Below are positions 11,728 through 25,300 of a stretch of 64,000 bases of DNA, piece by piece. Location: assembly GCA_964016885.1 (NCBI GenBank), contig OZ024742.1, positions 275,156,001 through 275,220,000 on the forward strand, written 5' to 3'. The translations under genes and the position numbers were made by a program. Origin of the DNA: Eledone cirrhosa (Eukaryota). The notes under the pieces are model-generated. The model made no database searches. It was not told the DNA's origin and worked only from the letters and a program-made list of their open reading frames with translations. Each line of letters begins with the position of its first letter. Positions within the stretch are counted from its first letter, which is position 1.

Positions 11728-12478
11728 GGCTACAGAACGAATGCTAATGGCTGCGCAAGAGCAGGCCCTCAAAACGAAGTGGCTGAAACACCATATTTAC
11801 AAGGAGGAGGATAGCCCACTGTGTAGGATCTGTGGAGAGAGGAGACTGTGGCTCACATTGTATCCGAGTGTAAACACCGAGCCCAGATTCACTATAAAGG
11901 CTGGAGACATGATGTGATGGGCAGGGTGATCCACTGGCACCTATGCAAAGTAAACAATTTACCACATTCTGAGTATAATCCAGAGTCGGTGATAGAAAAC
12001 GATCAGGTGAAGGTGCTGTGGGATTTTAGGATACAGACGGACAAGAAACTGGAACACAATAGACCTGATCTGGTGGTTTGGGACAAGGAAAAAAGATCGT
12101 GCCTGATTGTGGATGTAGCCTGCCCATTCGACACGAGAGTGCAAGAGAAGGAGAGAGAGAAAATTAACCGATACCAGGACTTAAAGTGGGAGGTAAAAAG
12201 GATTTGGAACTGCCATGAAGTCAAAGTGGTCCCGATTGTCATAGGCGCACTAGGTACTATCTCAAAGAGTTTCCAAGGATGGTTAAAGAAAAATGGTCCA
12301 TCCCCGCATTTTGGAACACTTCAAAAGGCATTCTTGCTGGGAACAGCAAGAACCCTCCGATACGTCCTGAATATCTGAGGCTGCAGGTAGTGGCTTGATA
12401 TTCATTTCAAGAAACTTTCCAGTTAAATAACATCAATGACTGAGACTCAAAGAACAATAATAATAATAATAATAATGT
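11725..12478 (+). mobile_element. R4/Dong-like RLE non-LTR retrotransposon, 3' fragment
   Basis: ORF 11848-12378: HIVSEC, RHD, LWDF, RPDL, DVACP, KINRY restriction-like endonuclease motifs; (AAT)n tail. Confidence 0.88.
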
Positions 12479-13416
12479 GACTGACAATAGGGTGCCAATG
12501 CTCAACATTGTACTGAAGGAGAAGACAATAGACCAGGGATGTTCAAGTAGGAAATAACAACAAGGAGGAAGAGCAGCCTTCGTGAAAAATCCCTTCGTAA
12601 CACATTCTTTAAGAAAACGGAATTTAGAGATCCACAGACATGGAACTGGTTATAAAAGAGGAGACCTTAAAAAGGCTACAGAAGGAATGCTAATGGCTGC
12701 GTAAATGCAAGCCCTCAGAACGAAGTTGGTGATACACCATATAGACAAGGAGAAGGCAAGCCCACTGTGTAGGATCTGTGGAGAGAGAGAGGAGACTGTG
12801 GCTCACATTGTATCCGAGTGTAAACACCTAGCGCAGATTCATTATGAAGGCTGGAGACATGATGTGATAGGCAGGGTGATCCACTCGCATCTATGCAAAG
12901 TAAACAATTTACCTCATTCTGAGAAGTAGTATGAGCATAAGCCAGAGTCGGTGATAGAAAACGATCAGGTGAAGGTGCTGTGGGATTTTAGGATACAGAC
13001 GGACAAGAAACTGGAACACAATAGGCCTGACCTGGTAGTTTTGGACAATGAAAAAATATCGTGCCTGATTGTAGATGTAGCCAGCCCATTTGACACGAGA
13101 GTGCAAGAAAGGGAGAGGGAGTAAATTAACCGATACCAGGATTTAAAGTGGGAGTTAAAAAGTATTCGGAACTGCCATGAAATCAAGGTCGTCCCGATTG
13201 TCATAGGCGCACTAGGTACTATCTCAAAGAGTTTCCAAGGATGGTTAAAGAAGATTAGTCCAGCCCCGCTTTTTGGAACACTTCAAAAGACATGCTTGCT
13301 GGGAACAGCAAGAACCCTCAGATACGTCCTGAATATCTGAAGCTGCAGGTAGTGGCTTGATATTCATTTCAACAAACTTTCCAGTTAAATAACATCAATG
13401 ACTGAGACTCAAAAAC

Positions 13417-13445
<29 letters not shown>
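12479..13445 (+). mobile_element. Second tandem R4/Dong-like 3' fragment
   Basis: Close paralog of 11725-12478; CRICG...HIVSEC knuckle, in-frame stops, (AAT)n tail 13417-13445. Confidence 0.88.
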
Positions 13446-13448
<3 letters not shown>

Positions 13449-13995
13449 AACATTCCGTTTCTGTTTGATTTGAAGCATAAATAAATCGGATTGAAATCAA
13501 ACGAAATGGGTTTAAATAAAATATATTCATTGGATCACAAACGAAATAAATCTGATTAAGTATAATAATAAAACAAAACAAATTACAAATAATTATCAGT
13601 ATAAATTGAATACCAGGAACGAAAATATGAATGGATATAATGGAATTGTAAATAAATTAGATTGAAATGCAAATATATTTGATCATAGAGACGAATGAAA
13701 TTTTATTTTAAAGCAAATAAATATAGGCTAAAGGTCAATCAATATGATTAAATAACATACTCATTCGGAAGTGGGTGAGAGAGAAAGAAAATCATGTGTA
13801 AATAGATATATTGAAATAAATAAAATGATTCTAAAATCAATATTAAACACATATATCATTGGGAAATATATTGAGAGCTATGATTCGAATATATGTATTT
13901 ATACGAATATAATAAATATATGTAGAATAAATACATCAATAACAAATAAACGTTTCGTAGAAATCTATCAAAATTAAATTACAAATTCATAGTAA

Positions 13996-14329
<334 letters not shown>

Positions 14330-14588
14330 AAGGAATTTGCATTAAATAATTCTGTGAATACTTCTAAAATCAAACAATAATAATTGTAAACTAAACACAA
14401 ATGTGAAATAGCAATATAAATTTAATAATTCGATAAATGCAATTGTTTTGAAACATAATCAAAATGTATAAGTAGATAAAGTATATAAATTACTTGATCG
14501 TTCATGCTTGATGAATCATCAATTTTTGTCTACAGCAGGCGATTCATTAATCAGGGCCTCTTAGAGAGCGAGTTTAATTAGATTAGAG

Positions 14589-17500
14589 CAGTGCTACTCA
14601 AAGTAATGGTCCACGGACCGGTGCCGGTACGCGAGCCATCAGCTACCGGTACGCGGCCAGTGTCCAGGCCATGCTCAGGAATCATTTGAGGAATTGGTAG
14701 AATCTAAGGAATTTCAAGGAAATTTTAGGCTGCGATTGCTAGTTTCAGTAATTTGTCCTTATGCAATGAAAACTGAGGGTGAAAATTATATGACAATAAT
14801 AGGTAAATTAACCTGATAGTAAAAATATAAGTTGATAATATATCATAGTTTTCTATGAAGAAAGAAAGTCAAATAACAGAAAAGGGACCGTGCAGCATCA
14901 GGTTCGGTGACTAAACGACCTACTGCAGTAAGTAAACAACTTATCAGTTGGCCGGTGGTGACGCGTGGTATTTGCCGGCTGTGGTAGAGATTATGTAAGT
15001 AAATGTAGTATATTTGTGATATTGTAATACCGCCGAATGATACTTTAGTCTCCCTTCAAAACCATGTTCCCGTTCCTTCGGCCCGTATCCTCAAATAAAT
15101 TATTTCTTCCCATAATGTAACTGTTTTCTCGCGCTTAAAATAGCCTGATTAATTCTTAACAGTAAAAAAGCATTATTTATGTGGTATTCCCTCAGTAAAT
15201 TAATTTTATGCTCTCTGTAATCCGTTAACCTCCTCTCTTGCCTCGACACCATCAAACAGGTGACTGACTTGTTCTGTATTCATTCCTTGCTCATGATAAA
15301 AAGAAGTGTCATCTGGCCTTGTGGTATTGAGATTATGACGTATAAGGATGTAGAGAAGTAGATGTTATATATTTGCTGGTGTGATCAAGATTATGTGAGT
15401 GAATAAGTAACGATAAACAATTCTCCTCCTCCCCCGCCTCGACGCCATCAAACAGGCGTCATCCCCTTCACGCATCCCCCAAACCAGACAATATACTCAT
15501 ATACGCCCCCCCGCCTTCCCCTGTTAATTTTGTAAATTCCCTAGTGCGCTGGAGATGAAATAAACCCCGAGTTTTGTGTAATATGCCATGTGAAGAAATC
15601 TGTCTGAAGGAGATTGCTATAAGTTTTTTAGGGAAGTTTCCCTAGTACTCGCGAGAAGCAGTTTATATGTTGAACCCCCCTGTTGTTGTTTTTTTTTTTT
15701 GGGGGGGGGGGGCAATAGACTTGTGAAATCAGAGTTTGGTATATATGGAGGGCCTCAGGTAGCGGCTAACTCGTTCACCTAAGCCAATTTTTGGTTTGCA
15801 ACACACGGTGCTCTCGAGGAAGTCAGAAGTATATACCTGGGGTTATGGAATTTATATTAATTATTATCTATCCCTAATTTACAGATGGCGAAGCGAGGCC
15901 CTATGGACATATTTATCAAGCCAAAACATCCGGTTGCTGAACCCGCAAGTAATTTTGAATCAGATGAAGGCGATGTAAATGAAACCGAAGTATTGACGGG
16001 AAAAAGAATTCGTACTAGCTTTACTCGGAAATATGACTCCTCATGCATTCAATTCAGTTTTGTAACCACGAATGATGGGGGAATGCAAAAACCACAGTGT
16101 GTAATTTGTGGAGAAGTGTTGGCTAACGAGTCAATGAAGCCATCAAATCTCAAGAGACATTTAAATACAAAACATAAAGAAATGAGTTCAAAGCCAAAAG
16201 AGTTCTTTGAAAGAAAGCATGTTGATTTAAAAGGCCGTCAGAAACAGATCTTTGAAGTGTCACACATAAATACTTATGCTTTGCGGGCTTCTTATAAAGT
16301 AGCACTTCGAGTTGCCAAGGCTAAAAAGCCATACAGAATCGGTGAGACGCCAGTGATAGGCTGTATTAAAGATGTCTGCATGGCGAGCCAGCAGCAAAGA
16401 AAGTGGCTTAGGTGCCACTTTTAAATGACACTATAGCTCGACGAATTCACGATCTGGCTCACGATATGGAAGATCAACTCATAGAACAAATTAAATTAGC
16501 AAAGTACTTTTCTTTGCAGCTTGATGAATGTACAGACTGCTGATCAGGCAATTCTGATGGTGTATGTGCGCTTTGGATATGAAGCTGATTTGAAGGAAGA
16601 GGTTTTTTTCTCTGCTTCACTACCAACAAAACCAACTAGTTCTGAAGCCTTCAAGACTGTGAGCGACTACATCGTTAACAAATGTGGGTCGGATTTCAAG
16701 TTCTGTGTAGGCATGTGTTCTGATGGCGCTGCCGCAATGATAGGACGGCATTCGGGAGTGGTTACCCAGATTAAGGCACATGCCCCAGAATGCAAGCCGA
16801 GGCACTGCTTCCTTCACCGAGAAAATCTTGCAACCCCAAAAATGTCCACAGAACTAAACAGTATACTCAGCGAGATTGTAAAAATTGTGAACCATGTAAA
16901 GGCGAATGCTTTAAATTCGAGACTATTCACTGCATTATGTGATAATATGAAAGCTGATCACAAACAGCTCCTATTGCATGCCGATGTACGTTGGCTATCG
17001 AGGGGTAAAGTCCTGCCAAGAGTATTTGAGCTACGAAACAAACTTTTCGAGTCTCTTCAGGAAAAAAAACAAAATTGGTCACAATTGTTCACAGATGTGG
17101 ATTCGCTAGCCAAGCTGGCTTATTTGGCTGATATCTTTGTCATCTTTAATGATCTCAACACCTTCATGCAGGGAAGGGTGGCTTCGTGTTTTACAATGGC
17201 AGACAAGATTGACGGACAGAAACGAAAGCTAGAAGCATGGAAGAGTAGAGTGTCAAGAGATTGTTATGACATGTTTCATCAATTAGCGACAATCATCGGT
17301 GATATTACATCTCTAGGAAATGTCATCAGTGAACACTTGGCGAATCTGGTAGACCGGTTTCAGTTTTACTTCCCAGCAGAAGAAGATCCACGGAAAGGGA
17401 ATGGATGGATCCGAAATCCGTTTATTCCACTGCAAGATGACTTAAGTGTCAGTATGGAGGATAAATTGTTGGAGCTGGCTGCTGACGGAGGATTGAAGAG

Positions 17501-18024
17501 GAGTTTCGAAACTACAACATCACATGGTTCATTTTGGATAGAAGTGAAAGCAGAATATCCTGAGCTTAGTGAAATTGCTCTGAAAACTCTTCTTCCATTT
17601 CCTTCAACATACCTCTGCGAGACTGGCTTCTCAACCATGAGTGTTATTAAGATATAGTACAGGAATAATATGGATATTCATTCTCCTTTGCACGTGGTAC
17701 TGTCCTCAATTGAACCACGACTGGATAACCTGACAAAGAAGAAGCAGGCTCACCTTTCACACTAGTAAAGATTAAGGTTATATAATTTTTATTTTTGTGT
17801 TAATAAACTGCTTGTTATGTTTTTTTATTACTTCTTTATATGTTTTGATATTGTATTATTTGTTTACAAAATAAACAGAAGATAAAAAAAATGGTCAACT
17901 TTTATTATATTAATTATATATATCGTTTCCGGTATAAATTAATATTACTACGAAATTATAGCGGTACGTGGCACATTGAAAAGAAAATGCCGGTCCGCCA
18001 CATCAGATAGTTTGAGAAGCACTG
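14589..18024 (+). mobile_element. hAT (Buster/Charlie-type) DNA transposon, full length
   Basis: TIRs CAGTGCTACTCAAA / TTTGAGAAGCACTG; perfect 8-bp TSD GATTAGAG (14581-88, 18025-32) with the central TA typical of Buster elements. Confidence 0.95.
15885..17765 (+). pseudogene. Buster-type hAT transposase, frameshifted
   Basis: BED finger PQCVIC...LKRHLNTKH, CSDGAAAM, HCFLH, VRWLSRG, STYLCETGFS, terminal QAHLSH; split into 15885-16424 and 16521-17657. Confidence 0.92.
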
Positions 18025-19587
18025 GATTAGAGTACTCAATGCATGCAGCCGCAAGTTATGTGTCCTTTCAACAACCATAATGGTCTAAAACAAACCATCC
18101 TATTTTCTTTAACTTAGGAGATATCATTTGGCGCTGAAGCACATTCGACAGGGTTTCTCACCGTCGTCAGTGAAACATTCAGGTTTACTTGATTTGGTTA
18201 CTAATCCCTTGTATAGTAATTATTTAATACAACGTCACCCCTGATCTTGATAACATGAAAAAAGGCATTGCAAGTAAAAACTTTGAACATTTTGTTCTTT
18301 TCAGAAAAAAATCGCCCCATATGATAGTGTTTCAAAGGACGATAAATTAAAATTTGATTTGAGCATGACTTGGCTCATTTGTCTAATCGATCAGCTAATA
18401 CAACTTTCAATACATTTCTACAGCAAAAAATGATACTATATAGTCACTCACTATCATCGAATGTAACAACCACACCAGCTACAATAACAATATTATTTTA
18501 AACAACTGTGTAATCTGCTCTCCCTCAGTATACCAGACTATAGGGTAAATAAATGGCAAGATCATAAAGGAGGTATAACATCCTAAGTAGATATTTGCTT
18601 TCTATAATTTATTGGCTTGAGTGCTAAGCAGAGAAATTATAAGCCAGACTTAAATATTATGCATTGCTAACTCCATTTTCAGTGTATAAATGATTGTTTA
18701 TGATGAAGCTCTTCTGAACACATCGCTCATTTGTGGAGTTATTTTGAATTTATGACGCGAAGTAGGAGAGATGTGGCTTCATTCAACTACAACGTATATA
18801 CCAACCCAAACTGAAGGATGAGAAAGATATTTATACTGGAGGGAGGACGACAAGAACGGTGTGAGTGTGATCACATTTGAGAACGTAAGACGGAGCGTTT
18901 TCAATTCAGATAATTTCCTATCAATCTTTTCAAATATCCCATACCAAGGAAGATGTGAGTGATGAATAAATACTGTATATCAATAGTGATCTGGACGTAC
19001 CTGCATTGACGTATTAACCTAGTCTTCGTATACAGCCGTTGGCTTAGAGTTATCGTCACTGGAATAGCAGATTTGTGCTTACTAATTATCGACATCTCAC
19101 TGCTTTTCTCTCCACACATAAAATGACACTTTCTTGCTTTTATTCCATCCCATTAATGATGTGAAGCCACGGGTTTAAGTTTTTATGGTGCTTGGCTCAT
19201 TTTGTTTTTGAGTGAGCCACTTCAACTGGAAAAATGCAAGTACATCTTCCGACAAAGAACGTTTACTTATTCGATCAATTAAACATCCTAATCGTTATTG
19301 TGTTAGATGGTAAGTGTTTGACACATGAATCTATGTGGAAAATTTGTATTCACAAATTGTCCATGTGCTCTAAGTCACTGATGGGATTTGGATGGTCTCG
19401 AGGCTATCAAGACGCTTGCCCAAGTTGGATTAAACCTGGATCGATATGATTGGGCAATGAACACTTTAATCGCTCAACAATTCACTGCTGGTACCTTATT
19501 CATTAATAGTTGTTGTCGCACATCACCGTTTACAATTTCCCAGTTGCGACGATAAATGATATCTTTATTATTATCAATACCGTTAAT

Positions 19588-19800
19588 AAGCTGGTCAATT
19601 AGCTTAACCGTTAGAGCGTCGGAATAAATGTTTGCCCGTGTTTCTTGGGGCTCTTTATTTTCTCGGTTCAAATCCCGCTGACGCAAGCTTTGCCTGTTAT
19701 CCTTCTCGTATCGATAAAACAAAATACCCGTCGAGTAATGGAGTTGATATAATCGAATTTCGCCCCCAACTCAAATTACTGGCATTGTACTAAAATTAGC
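19588..19800 (+). mobile_element. Diverged copy of the tRNA-derived SINE
   Basis: GGTTCAAATCCCGC...CTTTGCCTGTTATCCTT...TCGATAAAACAAAATACC similar to 5954-6138. Confidence 0.65.
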
Positions 19801-21051
19801 AGACATATAAAAAAAAACTTCGGTGAATAAAAAATGTATAAACCTTTAATTCCGAATTCGTGTCATGCCATCTTAACTTTTCATTTCTCATTCTAAGATC
19901 GATAAAACAACGAACCAGTCAAATAAAGAGCTAGATTAAATTGATAGATAATTCCACCCACATAGCTCTTAAAACATGCAAAAGAATATTATTATCATAT
20001 AATAGCGTAAAACCTACTTCGGAAATTCAGTTATAACTTTTTTAGCGCAGTATTTCACATCCACATCTGCACAGACAAAATTCTTAAATCTCAACAGCTG
20101 AGGTCGGCGTAAACAATAATGTATTTCTCAAATGCCCTGTCTGTCTTAATATTAGAAAGCAGTAATATGAAGTTGTATTCTTTCTTTGTGTATTGCGTAT
20201 ATATAAACCCGATTTCAACTGTAGTTATAAGTTGAACATTTTATAGTTCAATTGTTATTAATTGTTTGCAATTTTGTCTTTGCTTTCTATACTGAATGCC
20301 TGGTCAAGTGCTTAATGGCTCATTCTTAAATTTTTTTTCAATTTCTACAAATAACTGTCGTGTTTCTCCTAAATAGGGAATACTAGCTCAGCTCCCTATC
20401 ACTTTCACATAACACTGGTAGTGGTGCATGCCGAATACAGTGGGCTAGTCTTTGATCTGTTCCGAGGTGGCTAACTCTCCGCCGATGAAGTTACTCTTAG
20501 TCGATTAGGTAATGTTTAATACCAATACCTAATTTCTGTACACGTCAGTCCAACATGGACTGCCACTAGCAGACAGGGTAACAGGAACTGGTGCCTAGTC
20601 CGGAGACAGAGAAGTAAATTATCTACCCAGACGAAATCGTTTCTCCCACTATTAATGTATAAGTGTGCACTCTGCTATCCTTTTTGGTTGGTATCCTCTA
20701 GGGATGCTGGCTTGATTAAAACATTGACAGAACAATCGGAGATACACCGGTTCTTCCGACGATTTTGTTTCAATATAATGATTTCACTTGAAAAGGAAAA
20801 TCAGGGTGGAGAGGCAAGTGCTGCCTCCTAGCAAGTTTGTTGAAAGGTGGGTGAATGTAGCGAGAATCGTCCGAGTGAACGGGACCGCTCTGAATATACG
20901 CCTGTAGTTTGAGAAAAAGAAAAATTGAGAGAGGGTGCTTGCCCTGGTGGTCAGGGTGGCCGTGGTCTTTTGTGTGATTTTCGCCACGAGTAACCCTCGG
21001 AGGTTTCCCCCTATTGGGAAATTTTTCATTGTTTCAATTTTCATTTTTATT

Positions 21052-21095
<44 letters not shown>

Positions 21096-21096
<1 letters not shown>

Positions 21097-21776
21097 GAAT
21101 TTAGTATATCTACTAACATATGCGTACAGATGTACGCTAATGCCAGCAAATACACAGGTTATGTCATAGTACCTAGGTGGTTCAATGCAGGAGGATGCAG
21201 AACAATAATATAAAAGACGTAAAATAAGAAAATTTTAAAAACTTAACTTACTTACTAAACTTTTCACTCCAACTAATTAGTTTCTGCAATGGGATAAAGA
21301 CAGTTACGTAATAAACTGTCGAGAATTCATTGCGTCATCAGGGAGTCTATTCTCAGCTAAGTCTCCAAGCAATGCGCAGACACTGGGGACTCATATAAAA
21401 ATAATAATAATTCGGTGAATGGAACAGCTAGCGGGGACTGGATTCCATGTACTGAAAATCTCGCTGTCACTGGTCAAATGGCAGATTCTAAAGAATCAAT
21501 CACGTGACACAGAGGCTAGTCGGTAGGAGTGGGATGGTAAGATGACAGAATCCTACTAACACACCAAAAAATTAGTAGTGGTTTTGGCAGGTTTGCTCGA
21601 CAAATAAGTAATTTGGAGATAAATATAGAGAATTTAGTATATCTACTAACATATGCGTACAGATGTACGCTAATGCCAGCAAATACACAGGTTATGTCAT
21701 AGTACCTAGGTGCTTCAATGCAGGAGGATGCAGAACAATAATATAAAAGACGTAAAATATTTTACGTCTTTTATAT
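21096..21776 (-). mobile_element. Partial-tandem non-coding element (533-nt period) with hammerhead and short terminal fold-back
   Basis: Direct repeats 21096-21226 and 21629-21759; terminal palindrome AAAAGACGTAAAATATTTTACGTCTTTT; (TA)n on both sides. Confidence 0.75.
21266..21346 (-). ncRNA. Type-I hammerhead ribozyme with extended helix II
   Basis: Minus strand: ACUCC-CUGAUGA-cGCAAUG...GACAGUU/AACUGUC...CAUUGCa-GAAA-CUAAUUAG-UU-GGAGU. Confidence 0.82.
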
Positions 21777-21923
21777 ATATATATATATATGCAGAGGTTA
21801 TATTTAATTTGTTGGGATTCAACAAGCTTAAAAATGTTTATAACTTATATAAAGCACTCAACAATTTAATGGAGTAAATACACAATATATTAATAAATGG
21901 AACTATATTTATAAAACGATATT

Positions 21924-21989
21924 TATTTTATTATATATATTTCAAGGGCAACCAAGGCAAATTATGGTCCGCTTTCATCAGATAAAATA
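21924..21989 (-). ncRNA. Minimal type-I hammerhead (mirror copy)
   Basis: Reverse complement of 22133-22198. Confidence 0.8.
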
Positions 21990-22132
21990 CAGATTTGTTT
22001 TATAAATAAATATTGACATACCCGGAAAAAAGACAACCTTAACGGTTGGAGCTTCCTGGATAGCTATCCAGGAAGCTCCAACCGTTAAGGTTGTCTTTTT
22101 CCGGGTATGTCAATATTTATAAAACAAATCTG

Positions 22133-22198
22133 TATTTTATCTGATGAAAGCGGACCATAATTTGCCTTGGTTGCCCTTGAAATATATATAATAAAATA
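22133..22198 (+). ncRNA. Minimal type-I hammerhead ribozyme
   Basis: UAUUUUAU-CUGAUGA-AAG...CUU-GAAA-UAUAUA-UA-AUAAAAUA; 8-bp helix I, AUA triplet, predicted cut after 22190. Confidence 0.8.
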
Positions 22199-22388
22199 AA
22201 TATCGTTTTATAAATATAGTTTCCATTTATTAATATATTGTATATATATATGTTTCTATGTCTTTTTCTTTTTCTTTTCTTATATAAATAATAAAAATCT
22301 TTACACGCTCAAAACCCACACCGTACCATCCTGTACTGTCCTGTGCCGTCTGTAATGTTTTTCTTGATGTCAGCACTATTATTATTAT

Positions 22389-25300
22389 TGGTCTATTCGG
22401 ACTTCCTTTTGCTCGCTCCAAGTAGGTCGCTTTATTTACCTGTTATAATTAGTTGTTGTTTAATTTGTCTTGTTGTGTAAGGGATATAAGCCCTTGGACT
22501 TTGTCCTGTGAAAGGGAAAGTATAATATTTTGGCCTTTTGGCCCAAATATTTGAACAATATTTAAACATTTACTTTTAAAAAAATTTAAAAACAACATGC
22601 TAGTCACGGTGGAGGAGATGGCAGTCGCAAGGGCCATGGTGACATGAAATGACAATAGAGTTTCGCTGAAACCTCCACCCGATTTCTTCAAATACCAGCA
22701 ACTGCGCACGGTGACTTACTGCACCGTAAGCAAAATGTCACATCGGGTAGAGAGAGCCATGGAGGCGCATATCCAAAAGGGCTTGGGGTGCGTCTGGACG
22801 CGCAAAACCCACATCACTCGAGTCAAAAAGTACGCCATAACTTGGCTGGTCGCGTCTATACTTACTGAAACCGAGGAGAAGACCACCATACTACAAGGTA
22901 CTACATGGTATAGGCATGCAAATACTAATACAAACTGACCAGGAGTGCATCGAGGTCATCCCAGATATCATAGACCTCGAGGAAGGTCTCCAACTCCCTA
23001 TAAGAGTGTATGGAAGGCGCCCAAAGTGCTATCTATATGGGCGAAAGGGTGAACTCAGAGCCTTCTTCCCGCAGAAGTCAGTCAAGAAGAGGACCCCCCC
23101 CCCTCCTTCCGACACCAGATCTGCTGCTACCAAGAGCAGGGAAGGCAACAGAGGCAGAAGACCCTTCCATGACACCCATACCAAGGCCACGGACAACTAA
23201 AACAACGGCAGCAGCGGCGGCAACACCAACAGTAGCAGTAGCTACAACGGCGGCAAAATCGCCGGAGCGGGCTCCGCTACCACCACCACCAGCAGTGGAG
23301 CGCATACGCCTCCAAGACGCCACGGAATCCGACATGGAGTATGAGGCGGGAGAGATGTGGCAAACGGTCTGCCACAAAAAAAAAAAAAAAAAAAGCTCTG
23401 AGCTTCACTCTCCAAAAGCGAAGGGAAACAAAGATTGGTAAAGGCTGCAAGAAGACTTACAACGACACCAACACCATCACCATCAACACCACAAGCTGCA
23501 CAAGGGGTAAATCGCCTGGTTTGGATGGTCTACCCTATGAACTTTACGTACAGATGCCAGACTTGTTCGGAGGCCTCTTGGCGGGCGTCTACTGCAACTG
23601 GCAACAGAACGGGAGAATTCTCAGCTCTGTGAGCTGAGGAGCTGTGGCGCTGCTGAGAAAGGATCCGAACAAGGGGGATAACATAGTAATTTTAGGCCCA
23701 TAACTCTGCTAAACACAGAGTTCAAGATTTTGGCCAAGGTGCTAGCAAAGAGGCTGGCGCTTGTCGTTGGTGGTCTGGTGGGAGAGGCGGAGACGTGCGC
23801 CATTCCCGATAGATCTATCCACGACAACCTCCACCTCATGCGATACATCGTAGAGAGGGTAGCTAGGGAACCTGGCACGGGTGGGTCCTTGATCAATTTA
23901 GATCAGTCGAAAGCTTTCGATACGGTCGACCATCGTTACCTAGCGGCAGTCCTGAGGGCGGCTGGCTTTGGGCCCGTCTTCAGAGACTGGATCGCTGCCA
24001 TGCACAGCGACATCTGCTCTGTGGTGAGAGTGAACGGTCACCTTTCGGAACCGTTCAACATCATGCGCTCGGTCCGCCAAGGATGTCCCCTCTCGTCCTT
24101 CTTGTACGTATTGACTCTCGAGCCATTACTGCACAAACTGGAAACGTTGAGCGGGGTCCCGCGCGAACTAGGATGCGGAAGATTCGTGTCAGCATATGCG
24201 GACGATGTCACCGTAGTGGTGTCGAACGACAAACACATTGAGGCGATCGGCACTACACTAAGAGAATACGAAGCGGTGACAGGAGCAATGATCAACCAGG
24301 AAAAGTCAGTGGGCCTGCAGCTCGGCACCTGGAGAGGCAGGTCCATGCCGTCCAACAGCGTCGTCGGACGCTGGACGGACGGACCGGTTAAATTGCTAGG
24401 GGTCTGGTTCGGTCCGGACCTCCAGACGGACAAAAACTGGGACGAGATGACGAGCAGGGTGGCTACTATCACCCAGAAATGGGCGGAGAGGAAGCTATCC
24501 CTGAAAGGTCGAGCGGAGGTGGCTCACGCGTACATCGCGTCCGTCATCTACTACCGCCTGACCGTCGTACCTTATCCTAAGCCCCGCCTGACTGCGCTGG
24601 AGCGTTTGCTCTTTCGCTTTTCGTGGAAGGGACGGGCTCCGATGGTCAGGCGGTCCATCTGCTGTCAACACCCGCTACGTGGAGGGCTGGACATGCCGTG
24701 GCTGATGATGCGCAGACACGCGCTCAGGCTACGACATCTCAACCTCTTCCTCGACTGTGATCAGGTGTGGTCGCCGTTTGCTAGACACGTCTTTCTCCAG
24801 CTCGTCTCCTTGACGGAGCTGCAGTCCTGGGTCAAGCGAAGACCGAGAGGGAGAGCTTGGAGACTGGACGTCTTCAGGCGCTCACAGCCCTCGACCAATC
24901 GGGCAATGTGATCGGTGGAAACTCCACCTTGGCGTTCTGTAGAGGATTAGTGGAGGGGAAGAGCGACGTGTACTTGGAGAAACTCTAGGCGTCGACGAAA
25001 ATCAACTAGTCAATCTCTTCGGAAGGACTTTCGGGCCAGGGCCTATGGACAACTTCCAGAAATCCCTGGCCTGGCAGTGCTCCCGAGGAGCTTTGCCAGT
25101 TCGGGATAAACTCTACAGGCATCGAGGTGCCGTCAGGCGGGCATGTCCGACATGCGCGCAGGGTGACGAAACCGTCCTGCACGCACTCGTCCAGTGTCCG
25201 AGCATTGCTGACTTGTGGGTTTATGTCGAACACCTGCTGTCACGCGTAGGACGGATCCAGCTATCAGCTGAGTTCATCGTGAGGATTGCCTCGCCCTCTT

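Larger units (their letters stand above)
21882..22241. repeat. ~360-bp near-perfect spacer-less palindrome (centre 22063/22064) with a hammerhead in each arm
   Basis: ...CTTCCTGGATAG|CTATCCAGGAAG...; arms differ by small indels; left arm extends to 21791 and (TA)n. Confidence 0.95.
20783..22388 (+). mobile_element. Tx1 3' fragment (subfamily D-like) whose 3' UTR is split by nested insertions at 21053-22252
   Basis: FHLKRKIRVERQVL at 20783; 3' UTR resumes at ~22255 (TTTACACG...AAAACCCAC...CTGTACTGTCCTGTGCCGTCTG) and ends in (ATT)n. Confidence 0.8.

Noticed and set aside
15885-17657. Domesticated host gene of the ZBED5/FAM200 type
   Set aside because: TIRs and TSD intact and the ORF is frameshifted: a transposon copy.
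18141-18178. CUGACGA...GAAAC...GUC hammerhead-like string on the minus strand
   Set aside because: Helices I and II do not pair convincingly; possibly an old relic but unsupported.
24038-24472. Recurrent antisense ORFs over the RT (also 30037, 37399, 43171)
   Set aside because: Shadows of GC-rich RT codons repeated because the copies are paralogous; lengths vary and no motifs are seen.
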